DNA of 62,099 bases, filler included, from Streblomastix strix (taxonomy: Eukaryota): assembly GCA_008636045.1 (NCBI GenBank). It is 4 parts of 4 records of this genome, joined end to end, with 100 filler letters (N's around TTAATTAATTAA, not from the genome) between each part and the next. Parts side by side here need not be neighbours in the genome. Positions count along the whole stretch, not along the records: positions 1 to 15,454 come from SNRW01000981.1; positions 15,555 to 31,007 come from SNRW01000982.1; 2 more parts are not named here. The stretch is one strand, 5' to 3'. The position numbers and the translations under genes were made by a program. The notes under the pieces were generated by a model that was not told the DNA's origin, searched no databases, and saw only the letters and a list, made by a program, of their open reading frames with translations. Within the stretch, counting starts at the first letter, position 1. Each line of letters starts with the position of its first letter. Below, piece by piece: positions 11,953 to 23,709 of this stretch.

Positions 11953-12620
11953 TCAAAAATCATTATATGTAATCTCTACTTCTGGTGCATCAGATAAACG
12001 AACAAAGTCACAATTGACTCGATACAGTTTCTCAATAGAGTTGAAAAGCACATTGTCTAGTACTTTAACTGATACATTTTTAATTAATATATCCATAACG
12101 CGAGTCAAATCTTTCTTTTTATATGATTTACCTATGCATGAATGAGATCACATTAATGGTTCTTCTAGTACAATTTCTATATCATTTTCATTTTCTTACG
12201 TGATTAATGACCAAAGTTTAATGAAATTATCTGATGAGAATATGAAATCATCTCCTCTTTTTCTTGTAGTTATCGTTTTCCATAATTGGTCAATAATGAA
12301 TTTCATAACGGCTGGGTTAGGATGTGAAAGATAAGTATCTTTAATTACTTCTTCTGGTTCAACTTAGCAGTTGTTCTATCAACTTCCTAATACTTTTTAG
12401 TGCTATATTTACTCTCATATTTAGTAATTTTTTATTCTGTTAGGATTAATTGTTCAGGCGTTGATGTAATAATTTCCTTCTCAGTTTATGTTTCATTTTC
12501 TTTAGGTTTGATGGATTCATTGACAGTTTGCATTGATTTAATCCTACTAATTGCTTCATCGATCAATTGCAATCTTATTTTATCCTCATACGTTAATTCT
12601 TTATGTTTAATCTCAGACAT
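11953..12620 (-). CDS. Viral hypothetical protein (~220 aa, disrupted)
   Basis: Code-6 ORF conserved at 39593-40289 (YLSHPNP.VMKFI...TTRKRGDDFIFSSDNFIKLWSLI). Confidence 0.6.
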
Positions 12621-12697
12621 TTATTTTTTGGATTTTGACATTCGAATTTAATTTCTTTCTATACCCTTTATCATTTTCCTAATTTAAAATTATTCAA

Positions 12698-13316
12698 ATG
12701 GACTTATAGCATGCATTGAAGAATTTAATAGAGAATGGAACAAATATTGAATACTTTGACAACGGATACGTCATCCAAATTAATAAGGAAGTCAAAGTGT
12801 TTGAAGAAGGAAAAAAGACACTTAAAAAAATTAACTTAAACATAGTAGAATAAATTACTGTTATAAGCGAAAGGTGGTGCTGCTCCAAATAAAAATGTTT
12901 AAAAAGCATCTTAAATATAAATTGATGATGAGGATTTTATTTCTTATGAACAATAAGATGAATAAATTGAAAGTGATGATTCCATAAGCGAAGTTCGAGA
13001 AAAACCATTAAAGAAATAAATTAGAAAAAGAGTTATAAAAACATCTAAAACTCCATAAATTAATTACACTAATCCACAACTTGATTTAGAAGAACTAATC
13101 AAATTACGAACTGAAAATTCATTTATTAAGCAATAACATTAAGATGCTATCAAACAAATAGAGAAATACAAATTGAAGGCAAAACGAAATAAATAGTCAA
13201 AATAGATAGTTGAAAAGGAAGAGCCATAATAAATTTAATAGGAGCCTTAACAAATCATTCAAGAACAACCCCAAGAATAAGATTAATAAGAATACAATGA
13301 TTTTGATTTATATTGA
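12698..13316 (+). CDS. Viral hypothetical charged/Gln-rich protein (frameshift)
   Basis: MDLQHALKNLIENGTNIEYFDNGYVIQ...EYNDFDLY; conserved at 40367-40984. Confidence 0.6.
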
Positions 13317-13592
13317 TATGATTGAATAATGTGCAGGAAATTTATTTTTACATTTATTTTATATATAATTATTACGAATATACTAATGAATGTTGAAAAA
13401 AAATAATTTAAAGGATAATTCTTATTTGTAAAAATTATATTGAAAAAACATCTCCTGAATATCCCAAAAATCAATAAAATTAAAAATAAAATTAAAAAAA
13501 AGGGAGGTTAAAAAATTTGTCAAAAATCGAAAAAATAATTTTTTTTTCTTACAAATTTTTGCATTTTGGCTCTAAATCACTGAATGCAAAAA

Positions 13593-13664
13593 CGGCCACT
13601 TTGTGGGATTCGAACCCACGCCCTCTTGGAAAATTCACACATTTGCCCACTGGACTACTGGGAC
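13593..13664 (-). pseudogene. tRNA-derived (Leu-like) Pol III unit / pseudo-tRNA
   Basis: Minus strand has A-box TAGTCCAGTGG, T-arm GTGGGTTCGAATCCCAC preceded by Leu-like CCAAGAGGGC, then TTTTT; acceptor and anticodon stems do not close. Confidence 0.55.
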
Positions 13665-13883
13665 AATTAATATTGTAAAATTAATATTACTATTAACACT
13701 CTCATTAATTTATTTTGTTAATTAAGTAGCATCACTACTCAAAAAGAATATTGGGAAAATTGATTAAAATACCTATGAGTAAAAACAATTAAGTTTACCC
13801 TGTATAAATTAATTTATTTAAATTACTTGTCATTATTTATAACTACATCATTTACTTGTCACAACTAAAGAAGAACGCTTTGC

Positions 13884-14096
13884 GTAAGTTCAACATATTT
13901 ATTATAATCTATTTATCCGCGATTTGTCTATTTCATCAATTTGTGCATTTTCCTATGATTTGTGAAACATACTAATTTATGTGTTTCCGCCATAGGGATT
14001 TTCGCATATTGACGGAAAAAGTTCAAAATCGCGGGTAAATTGATTATAATAAATATGATTTTGAACTTACCTCAAACTTCTTCATTCTATACTACT
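13884..14096. repeat. Right terminal region of copy A: ~187-nt imperfect palindrome followed by terminus ACTACT
   Basis: GTAAGTTCAACATATTTATTATAATCTATTTATCCGCGATTT pairs with AAATCGCGGGTAAATTGATTATAATAAATATGATTTTGAACTTAC; inner arms also pair; followed by (TA)n. Confidence 0.85.
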
Positions 14097-14899
14097 TATA
14101 TATATATATATATATATATAAAGTGAATAAAAAAAATTATTGAAATTTGAATGAAAAGCAGAAAATTCATATGAAATACCAGAAATCGTAAAATTTGTCT
14201 CAGTACATCTTCTTGGGAATTTCCAGAAGTAAATATTTCCTATTTAATAATTTAAATGCTCTCACGGAAAAGATGCTCATTATGCTGTAATAATGATTCC
14301 CGTATAAGGTATAAAAATGTAATAAATTGAAAGAAATTGTTTACAAATTCATACTTCAGCATTCTATTCTGATCCACAAACTGTTTAGTTTGAAATATAT
14401 ATTTATGTAGTCAAATATTCGTTTCCAATGGTAAAATTTTCCATTTCAGTGCAAAAAATCAGTTTCTATGAAATAAAAAAAAGAATTGGTTTTGGTGAAA
14501 TAAAAATTACAATAATTAATTGAAACTGATAGTCAATGTAATTATAGAACAATTTTAATAATTAATAAATAATTCCTAACGAGATTGAGAAGTTTACTAA
14601 TACTAAAAGTGTCAATTTTATTAAAAATAAAATAATTTTCAATAACAACTAATGTAATAATCAAAAATATTATTCAATTATATTATTCATATGTTTAAAT
14701 GTTAATTTTTAATGAAATCTATAAATTTTATAAAAAACTTTAGATGAGCAAAATATCCCCATTTTTTAAAATATTTTTCAGGAAGATAAATAATATAAAA
14801 TTTAGAATAAGAATTGAAATTTAAAAGTTGGAATACATTGAGGGAATAATGCAATAATAAGAGTTGGTTTGTCTTTATAATTCATTATATAATTCTAGT

Positions 14900-15454
14900 A
14901 AACTTTTCTAGATATTTGAAGAAAATTGCGTTATTTGCAGCGATCTTCCATAAAACACGAAGGATAAAGATCTATTGTAATTTCTTGAATAATTTGGGAA
15001 GATTAAGTATGAAGCTTCATTTTATTATTAAATTCAACAATATTTTTTGATTATTTTAGGAATTGTTGGATTGAATTTGTAAATGGTTAGGAATAGAGGC
15101 AAGCTTTAGTTAATTTTGAAAGTCCTGAATCTGTTGAGAAAGCAACAAAATATAAATAACATCTAACCTTCAAATCATGGCTTATATCAATTGAAAAAAT
15201 TAATAAATAATTGAGTTTGATGGTTAACAAAGTTATAATATTGGAATTAGAGAAAAGTGATATTTAGAAAAAGAAGATTGTATTTTAATACCTTGAATCT
15301 GGAATAATTGACGATATTGCCAAACAATTGACATAAATGAATTTAATAAAATTTAAACCTATAGAAAAAGATGAAATTATTCCAATATTCCCTAAGAATG
15401 ATCTTCTTTTAACAAAAATTAGATTTATTATTCCAGATGTTAATGATGACAATA
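14900..15454 (+). CDS. Host RRM-domain protein fragment with a GT-AG intron (15007-15059)
   Basis: VICSDLPQNTKDKDLLQFLEQFGKIK|NCWIEFVNGQEQRQALVNFESPESVEKA (RNP2/RNP1-like) after splicing. Confidence 0.65.
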
Positions 15455-15554
15455 NNNNNNNNNNNNNNNNNNNNNNNNNNNNNNNNNNNNNNNNNNNNTT
15501 AATTAATTAANNNNNNNNNNNNNNNNNNNNNNNNNNNNNNNNNNNNNNNNNNNN
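15455..15554. other. Artificial contig linker
   Basis: N44-TTAATTAATTAA-N44. Confidence 0.98.
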
Positions 15555-16097
15555 ACAGACCACTCAAACGTTTAATCATTGCAGAAAGATTTAATGAAAC
15601 AGATTCAATCATCTTCGATCTCTTCAATTCATGGAGCGCTTCTAAAATATAATATTAAAGTTTAAATAAATAAAAATAATATAAAAACAAAAAATTGACC
15701 TTCTTATTTCCCTTGCTTATAAAGTAATTGAGCTTTTTCTCTTTAATTCTAAATCTTCAAATCAACTTCTTGTTTTTTTTCTTCCAAAGTTTTCTTTGCA
15801 TCAAAAATGTTTTATATACCACTCATTTTCTTATCCAATTTAATTGAACTTCGACTAGTGGTTTGAGAAATAAGTTTAAACAAAAAATAGCTTTTAAATT
15901 ATTAAATATTTTAGTAACAAAATTGAATTTTGAGTCATGGGTGTTTAATATATAATAAAAATTAGTGCTGTAGGCAAAATTGCAAATTTAATGTTTTTAA
16001 TTTTGTTTGTCTGTACAATAAAGAAAATTGTTAATTTATTATCTAAAATTATCATATACAAATTTATTATATTAATATTTATACATAAAAAAAGATA

Positions 16098-16481
16098 ATT
16101 AAAACTACCAGACTGAGAAAAACGCAAAGCAAAATTGTGTTTGAATCGCTGATAAAAATTATTCAAACAATCAAAAATTCAATCAATATTAATAATTGGC
16201 ATTATTTAAATGCACTTACATTAAAAGATCGAAGGTAATTCTTCCATTAAAGAGCTTCTATTTTTCTCGCGATTAACCATGGCTAATGTCACGAAAGGTG
16301 TCATGACCGTCCAATAAAATTTTCATGACATCGGGATACAATTGTAACCCCAGCCAAAATGTTGAGTTATTGGACTAATATGATTAAATTAATTAAAAAT
16401 TGATAAAATATCATTAAAACTACCAGAGTGAGAAAAACGCAAAGCAAAATTATGTTTGAATCGCTGATAAAAATTATTCAA
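16098..16481. repeat. Pair of ~69-bp direct repeats (16098-16166, 16413-16481)
   Basis: ATTAAAACTACCAGA(C/G)TGAGAAAAACGCAAAGCAAAATT(G/A)TGTTTGAATCGCTGATAAAAATTATTCAA occurs twice. Confidence 0.9.
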
Positions 16482-17049
16482 CCCATAAATAATGATAATC
16501 TAAAATACACATTTATAAACTCTCCTATTAATTGTAGCAAATCACATAAAAGGAGCTCTACCATTTATTTTATGACTGTTAACCAATCAATTGGCCTCAG
16601 TCAATGAAACCAAAATTTTTCATTAAGGAATTAAAATTAACAAGTAAATAAATAAATAGAGAAACTCTTTACCATATTAACAAAAATTGTTAAAAAATAT
16701 TTTTGTCTTGTACTTAAGTAATGAGTAGAGCTCACGATACCTTTAAATGATCTAAAAAGTTAATTTAAATCAAATTTAATAAACTGGTAACTGAAAGTTA
16801 TACAAGGTGGTGAAAAAGTCCATCCGATGGATTTCCCTACATATTGACATACAATATTATATATAAAAAATATATAAATATATATGCGGAAGAATAATAG
16901 TAATTTTGGCATATTAGATTAATAAATTTATTTATAGGTTAGCTAGACATTATAAAATTTATATATATGAAAATAAAAAAAGATTAAAATGTGAAATTCG
17001 ATATTTTACAATCCCCATAAACTGAAATTCTGATAGATACTATCTTGCA

Positions 17050-17700
17050 AATAACATCTTGTTTATGTACTTTAGCATGTCAATATTTTACCAAACCGGT
17101 TACTTCTTTGCAACCTCTATTTCTTTCTCTTGTGTCCACATATCCAAATTTCCTGCTCCGAATTATATAATTTCAACATTACACTCCAACAATCTGCAGA
17201 CATATCTGTTGTCTGAATGGCGTATTGTTAATTGACTGCTTCTCTAATTGATCGATTATCCTCTATCTTCTTCTTCAAATAGAACTTCTCCTTCAAAATA
17301 TTTCTGTTTATGAATATACTAGTATCCCAACCCAACTTCAATGAAATCAATAACTTTATATTATTGAGTTACTTTATGTGCAATCTCCCTCTTCGGAATT
17401 GTAACCTCAGGATGTTCATTTTACCAATGAAACTAGCTAGTGATTTTATCTTTACTCGTGCCTATCTCTGAATGATTTTAATTCATCTGCTAAACTGCCC
17501 TTGCATCTTCTGTCTGCGCTCCTTTATTATACATATTTAATCCTTCTCCGTGCAAAAATTTCCAGTCATGAAACTCTGTTATCTACTTTGGATCTAGTTA
17601 CGATTTCTTTTCCGATATCTTCCTGCCAAACTATTCTAAGAGCCTGATGACTTCTATTCTCATATTTTCCAAATTTCCTTTATTCAAACTTCATTATTGT
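17050..17700 (-). pseudogene. Degenerate DIRS RT-connection/RNase H fragment
   Basis: IKSLASFIGKMNILRLQFRRGRLH...LGWD...QTTDMSADCWS (degenerate TDAS..GWG). Confidence 0.7.
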
Positions 17701-18399
17701 TATAAATTATTTTAGTTTACTTAAGAAAAGAATTTGTGTTTAAACTGATGCTATTGCAAGTTTTATTTTAAATGTTAATTTTAGCACTATACACAATACA
17801 ATTTTGTTTTTTGTTTGTATTAATAAATCATAAAATGTAATTGATTAGAAATAATTGTCTGAATTTATTCTATAATTCAACATGGTCATTATTTTTCTTT
17901 CATAAAAATATTCTTACTTTTTATATTCGTACAGAATTAAAATATACTTATATTCTGAAAATATGAATATAAAACATTTTATTAAATAAATTTAAACACA
18001 AAATAATAAAATTTGATGTTCTGATTCATCACAATTTGACAAAAAATAAAAAACATTAATTCATCGCTGAGAGATAATTTCGTAAAATATAAATAAGAAT
18101 ACATCTATATTAAATATAATGTTAAAATAAAATAATTTTATTAGTTATAACATTCGATTAAAAAAATATTTTTTTTTATAATTTTTTTCTTCATCAATTT
18201 TTATTTGATAGCATGGGTAGGTCGGTTCAAAAAAAATTAAAACCCAGCTTTTCCGGGCATGGCAGAGATTTTTTACCAGCTATAATTATTTTTATCACTA
18301 AAATTTTTTCTTTTTTAAATTAATAATAAAATCAAATAAATTTAAGGATCAAATAAAATGCAAAAACTATAATTTTAATATAATTTTTATTTTGTTTAT

Positions 18400-19852
18400 T
18401 TAAACTTTTTCAAGAATATAAATACTATCATCTCTTCTCTGGCGAGATATGAATTAAATTTTGATACTTATTGTTCTGAACTACCTGTTCACAAGAGAAA
18501 CTATTATCATTTTCATTATTTATTTCTACTAATAATTAATCGTATTTATAATCATGTTTTGCACTCTCAATTCACTGCGCCGAGTTTGAAAGAATTTGTT
18601 AATTGTTGTCATTACTACGCAAAAAATTCTTGTTTATCTTTAATTTACAATTTTTTACACATTTATATGTAGTTCTGATTATATTCAAGTAAATTTTGTA
18701 TCATTGCCAATATCTATAATCTTTAGCCAATGATTGATTTTTTTATTCAAACGTTAATTACACGTGCATTAAATTGATCATCATCATATTTATTATACAT
18801 AATTGCACATTTTGCAATATATTTGTTATGTATGTAAATAAACACTCCGTATTTTACTTTATTTTGTCGTATCACAAATATTTCTTATCCATCATCATTT
18901 GTCACCTCAGGATTTTCATCTAATTGTCTACTTCAAAACGCTGCATAACGTACCTATATTAGTTTCTCTTTCTAATTATCTCTTTATTAACTTTAACCAT
19001 CAATGAGTTATTGATTATATGCATATATTATTGCTTTATCCAATTTCTTATATATTGATAGTGATGTAGCATCACTTCCAATAAATGATTATCTTTAATA
19101 TGATTTATTATAATTTTATAATACCAATGGCGCAATAACTCCCTTCCATATCTTATCTTCAATAATTGAATATACTTAAGCTACAGTATAGCCTTTCTCT
19201 TTTAAGAATGTAAATAGATAAATTTTAATGAAATATCTGTAACTATCTACTGGTTTATCTTCTTCTTTCCATGCCTTATAATGTGTAGTAGCTCGGTCTT
19301 ATTTAGTTGGATTTTCAGTGAAATATTTAATTATACTTTAACGTATAGTTGGAACTGTAATTCTAAATCCATTAGCAGATTGAATAAATCCTTTTTCATT
19401 AAGAACAGCAAATTCCAGAAACTTATCGCCAATAATATCTTCAAATGTTCATACCAACTCTTTAAATTTATCATCCTTTTTACCCTTTTTCCACTCTTCA
19501 AATAACGGATCATCTGACAATGTTTTTTGAATTGAATATCTTTATTCTTTCCAGTCAAGTCCATTAGAGGAGCTTATGATTGTCACCTTGATTACGTTAA
19601 AATCTCATTTCTTTTAATTAATTATTACTCTCTGAATTTTTAATAATTTTTATTATCTTTCAGCATTTAATTTACTGTTAATTATGGCTCTACTTCTTAT
19701 TCATATATTTGATATGGAAGTGCTATTCCTCTATTTCCATAGTAATATATTTCTTAAACTCTTGGCTTAGTACGGGAAATAGATACTAATTTTTGTGGTA
19801 TAGTTGATGCTGAAGATGCAGATTATTGAATTTATTAAATTAGTTCACTCAT
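18400..19852 (-). pseudogene. Viral hypothetical protein, disrupted
   Basis: MSELIQQIQQSASSASTIPQKLVSISRTKPRVQEIYYYGNRGIALPYQ... long code-6 coding stretch with frameshifts; no family recognised. Confidence 0.45.
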
Positions 19853-19884
19853 TTAGTTTAAGCAAAAAAATAGATACTAACTAC

Positions 19885-20702
19885 ATGTCAATCATTAGTT
19901 TCAACTGTAAATAAATATCAAATCATTCATTAACTCTATATGTAAATGAATTACTAGAGAGTTAAGTCTCAAATAAACATGAGGTATAGGGCATATTTCA
20001 CAAAGAAATTTAATTTACATATAATTCTATTAATTTACATATAAGTTAGAGAGGAAGTGGTAAGTCATATAATGTATTCAAAGTATTAATCAAAATGAAC
20101 AAAGTTAAGAACTGTTATATATATTATTCAAATATGTTATTGATAGCAATAATGATTGAATATATAAGAAAATGAGCGCTTTAATTAATATTCCAATAGA
20201 AATTGTTACTTAAGGTGATATTGATTCTGTACTTAATGATTTAATTGAAGCAAAAGCAGCATATGATTCTGTTGTTGAGAAACATCTAATAAATTAACTG
20301 ACATCAGATTCAAAATAAGATATCCTTTCTACTATTGGAGCAGAGAATTTCAAAATGAAATATCCTCATACACTAGTTCTTTTTGATGACGCAATGTCAG
20401 TGTTTAAAAATAAGCAATTACAATTATTCAAAAAATTATTCAAGAACAGGTAGCCAAGAATCACTTATTTTCTATGCTTATAAGATATAATTGGACTTTA
20501 TGCAAGCATAAAAGCTAATGTAGATATAATATATTTTTTCAATGGATTCAATAGATAGAAATTTAACTTATTTTATTATTAATCTTCTATACCATTTGAT
20601 AAAGATAAGGTATGGGAGTAGAATATATAATTAAGAATGAGATAAGCTTTAATAGTAAAATACAGCAATGATTGAATAAAAGTAAAGATATTAGACTCAT
20701 GA
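19885..20702 (+). pseudogene. A32-like packaging ATPase
   Basis: Walker A SQRGSGKS, Walker B PHTLVLFDDA, NRQPRITYFLCLQD. Confidence 0.85.
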
Positions 20703-21056
20703 TTCTTCATCTAAATCATCTATTGAAATAATTCCTTTATCAATTAATACACTAATTAATTTATCCAATTATTCATTTTCAATTATGTTATTACTCTTAT
20801 CACGGCACTTTCTCAAAGAAATCACTCCATAGAGTTTAGTAATACAATACCCTTTGAAATTAAACGTCTTATTTAATTTTTATGTAGTCATTTAATCCAT
20901 TGATTACATATTCAATACAAGATACTATTTGAATTCATCAACTGTATCAAATGTTACAAACTCTGGCTAATACTTCTCTAATATCTTCAATTATAGTAGA
21001 TTTTTATTCAATTTATTAATTACCATCTATTTGCTGTCAAATATTACTCGATTCAT
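20697..21056 (-). CDS. Viral hypothetical protein, 119 aa
   Basis: Intact code-6 ORF MNRVIFDSKQ...FDTVDEFKQYL..MTTQKLNKTFNFKGYCITKLYGVISL; its stop abuts the ATPase stop in TCATGA. Confidence 0.65.
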
Positions 21057-21480
21057 TTTATTTGAAACAAAATCATAATGTTTAATCAAAATTCTAAATA
21101 GATTTCAAGTATAAATTATATATTATTTTAATCAACTAATTCACCATCAATATTCTTAAACCAAAATTATATGTATATCATGATTTAATTGATGAAAATG
21201 TTTATCTATACATTTTTCATCATATTTACCCTCATACTAATCATTATCTTAATCTTCTTACACAAATGAAACTTGTAAATAAAGATCTTAACCAATTAAT
21301 TGCTTATTTGTTCTACATTATATAAATATTATCTCTCTATTAATTTTCGATGTGACAAATTCTACAGGTAATAGAAACTAGTTAACACCTTCATTTGTTT
21401 GAGCGGTTGAATTTTAAGTTAATATCATTCGTTTTAGTTAAGTTATGAGATTATTTTATATTCAAAAATAATTCAATTTT

Positions 21481-23193
21481 TCATCTTTCAATCTAATTTA
21501 TCATTTTATCAAATGTGCTATTAACATCATATACATATTAACATCCATTAACAGGTCCAAACAACCAGAATATATCATGAATTGTGCATAGAAATGGTGG
21601 AGGTGGTCTTTTAACCATTAGATCAACAATATACTAATAATCTGTATCACCTTGATAAATTGGTGCTCCTCTTAATTCTATAGACATATTTTAGTACTGA
21701 ATATCTAATCCATTAAATGTTAATGCTCTATTACTATTTCTTTCACATTAAAATGTAATCAAGAATGAAGTAAGATAAATATGATGATTTAATCTTTTTA
21801 AAACAGCGTGTCTTGGTGTAGTAAAAGCATCTTTAAATTCATCAGTTGCTTCGAGTAACAGATCTAAATTATTTGCATTCAATTACATTTAGAAGAATTA
21901 ATAATCTAGTATATTCATTGGCATATCTGAAAAAATTTCTATCACATGTTGTAACTTACATATTATGATAGCATGGATTTTCATAACAAGTTGTTGCTCT
22001 AGCATCTTTTGGAAACAGCAAGCATAAACCTGTAACATGAGACAATGGAATATTTTATGATGTTCTAATTCCTGTTGTAGTAGCACTTGTTGGGAATGAC
22101 CATGCTTCAACTCTCTGTGAAGGTACAACAAATGGTCTATTAGCATAGAATTCACGTACTCTTTATAAACAGTCATCTTTTGCCTTGTATCTGCTCATAT
22201 TTGCAGTCACCTCAGTTACTACATAATTTTTTATTGATAATGTCTAGCGAGAAATGTTGCATATTAAATTCTTCTAGCCTCTATCTGTTAGTTATTCCAT
22301 ACTTATTGTTGTGATTAAATCTGCAGTACATCGCATTTCAGTAAATTATTTTGTATATTAATATCTTAAACTCCAATTTCTAAAGAGTAGATCAGTGCTC
22401 TTCAATTTATCAGGTCCACTAGCCATAAGATCAGTCTTATTCATAATGTAGTATTTAGCCATGCTAATAAATTGATTCACTTATACAAATTCAAACGTAT
22501 TGGAATTAATTTTAAATTTAATTTTAAGATCACCGAATAGAGAATTAGAATGGTCTATATAAGCACTGAATATAAGGATATGATCTAATGAAATAGATAA
22601 TCTAAATCTGATTGGCATAGTATATTGAATAGAAACTTGATCTTCAATAGATTCTTCTATATCTCTCATTGTCACATAAGTACCACAAGCTGATGTATCA
22701 ATTTTATGGAAATTTTAATATAATGAGTGAAAAAGTTTTCTATTATTTTTCTCATTTCTTGGTTTAATAGTGTTATAGATAAATTATTCGGTAGTTGAAC
22801 CATTCTACAATGTTCCATCAATAGTTCTGATTCTATGATAAATAGTGTATTCTCCTATAATTTAACTGACTGATTTTAATCCAATGAACAATACAGTTCC
22901 ATCTTTATAAGATTCTTCAAATCCTTCAAACTTGTTATCAAACAGCATATTAGCTGAGAGTACTATTGAAAAGAATGAATTCTAAATTTATGTTATGTCA
23001 TGGTCCGTATCAGATAAACTAATTAATATTTTTTATCGAATAAGGCAAGCATTTAAGACTGTGGTTTGATTTCTTTGATTGAGTAATGATGTTCTCCATC
23101 ATTTCTAAATGCATCAACAGAATTACTTTTTAGTGTTGCTTCGATAGTTCCAAGTTATTGCAAATGCATTGATTTATTGAGAATGTAGTTCAT
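21481..23193 (-). pseudogene. Major capsid protein, lineage B (disrupted)
   Basis: VLFIGLKSVSQIIGEYTIYH..TEQFIYNTIKP..SACGTYVTMRDI..ISLDHILIFSAY..FGDLKIKFKIN; same motif pattern as 8456-10399. Confidence 0.75.
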
Positions 23194-23269
23194 AATTTAA
23201 TTGAAACAAAAATAAACTAATCTTATGCAGTAAGTTAAACTTTGAAACTAATTATTTTCAAAAATCTTA

Positions 23270-23684
23270 TTCATTTACTTCTTGAATATTGTATGGAGAA
23301 GTTGTATTATATTGTGAACCATTTACAGTTTAATGACTTGGAATGGCAAGATGAGTTCCAACAGTTTTATTTATTTTTCTTGAGACATTCGGATTAAATC
23401 TTATGTATCAATTATTTTCAATTAACTATCTTACTCTATGTTCATCAATGAAATTCCCTGCATCATTTAAAAAATTAGCCAAGTTCATTATTCTGTTTTA
23501 AGCGTTATTTGCACATATTACATCTAAACCACTTGACGCAGCATATAAATCTTTACTTATTATAGGTGGTGCTAGTGTGCTAACAAATGGTTTAATATTT
23601 TTTTTATATATGTAAGTTTGTCCAATTTTCTCCATAATCAATTTTTTGTACTATTAATTTGATTTTATGAAAGATTCCAGCCAT
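23270..23684 (-). CDS. Small protein with N-terminal amphipathic helix, adjacent to MCP
   Basis: MAGIFHKIKLIVQKIDYGENW...; positional analog of 8180-8389; 3' end approximate. Confidence 0.5.
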
Positions 23685-23709
23685 TTCATTTACGAAAAAT
23701 AAACAACTA

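Larger units (their letters stand above)
3350..14096. mobile_element. Endogenous Polinton/Maverick-like dsDNA virus, copy A (right half, right terminus retained)
   Basis: pPolB C-terminus, A32-like ATPase, DJR-type MCP, fibres, HNH genes; ends ...TTCTATACTACT (5'-AGTAGT on minus strand); colinear with 31200-41302. Confidence 0.88.

Noticed and set aside
13593..13664. Functional tRNA gene (e.g. a TAA/TAG-decoding tRNA-Gln)
   Set aside because: Acceptor and anticodon stems cannot be formed and no anticodon is assignable
15455..15554. TTAATTAATTAA palindrome within N runs (also 31008-31107, 46559-46658)
   Set aside because: Identical artificial linker; contigs are size-sorted (15454, 15453, 15451, 15441 bp), so adjacency across linkers has no biological meaning
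18210..18290. GC-richer patch as the left terminus/TIR of lineage B
   Set aside because: No AGT-type terminal repeat and no partner repeat in the window to confirm it
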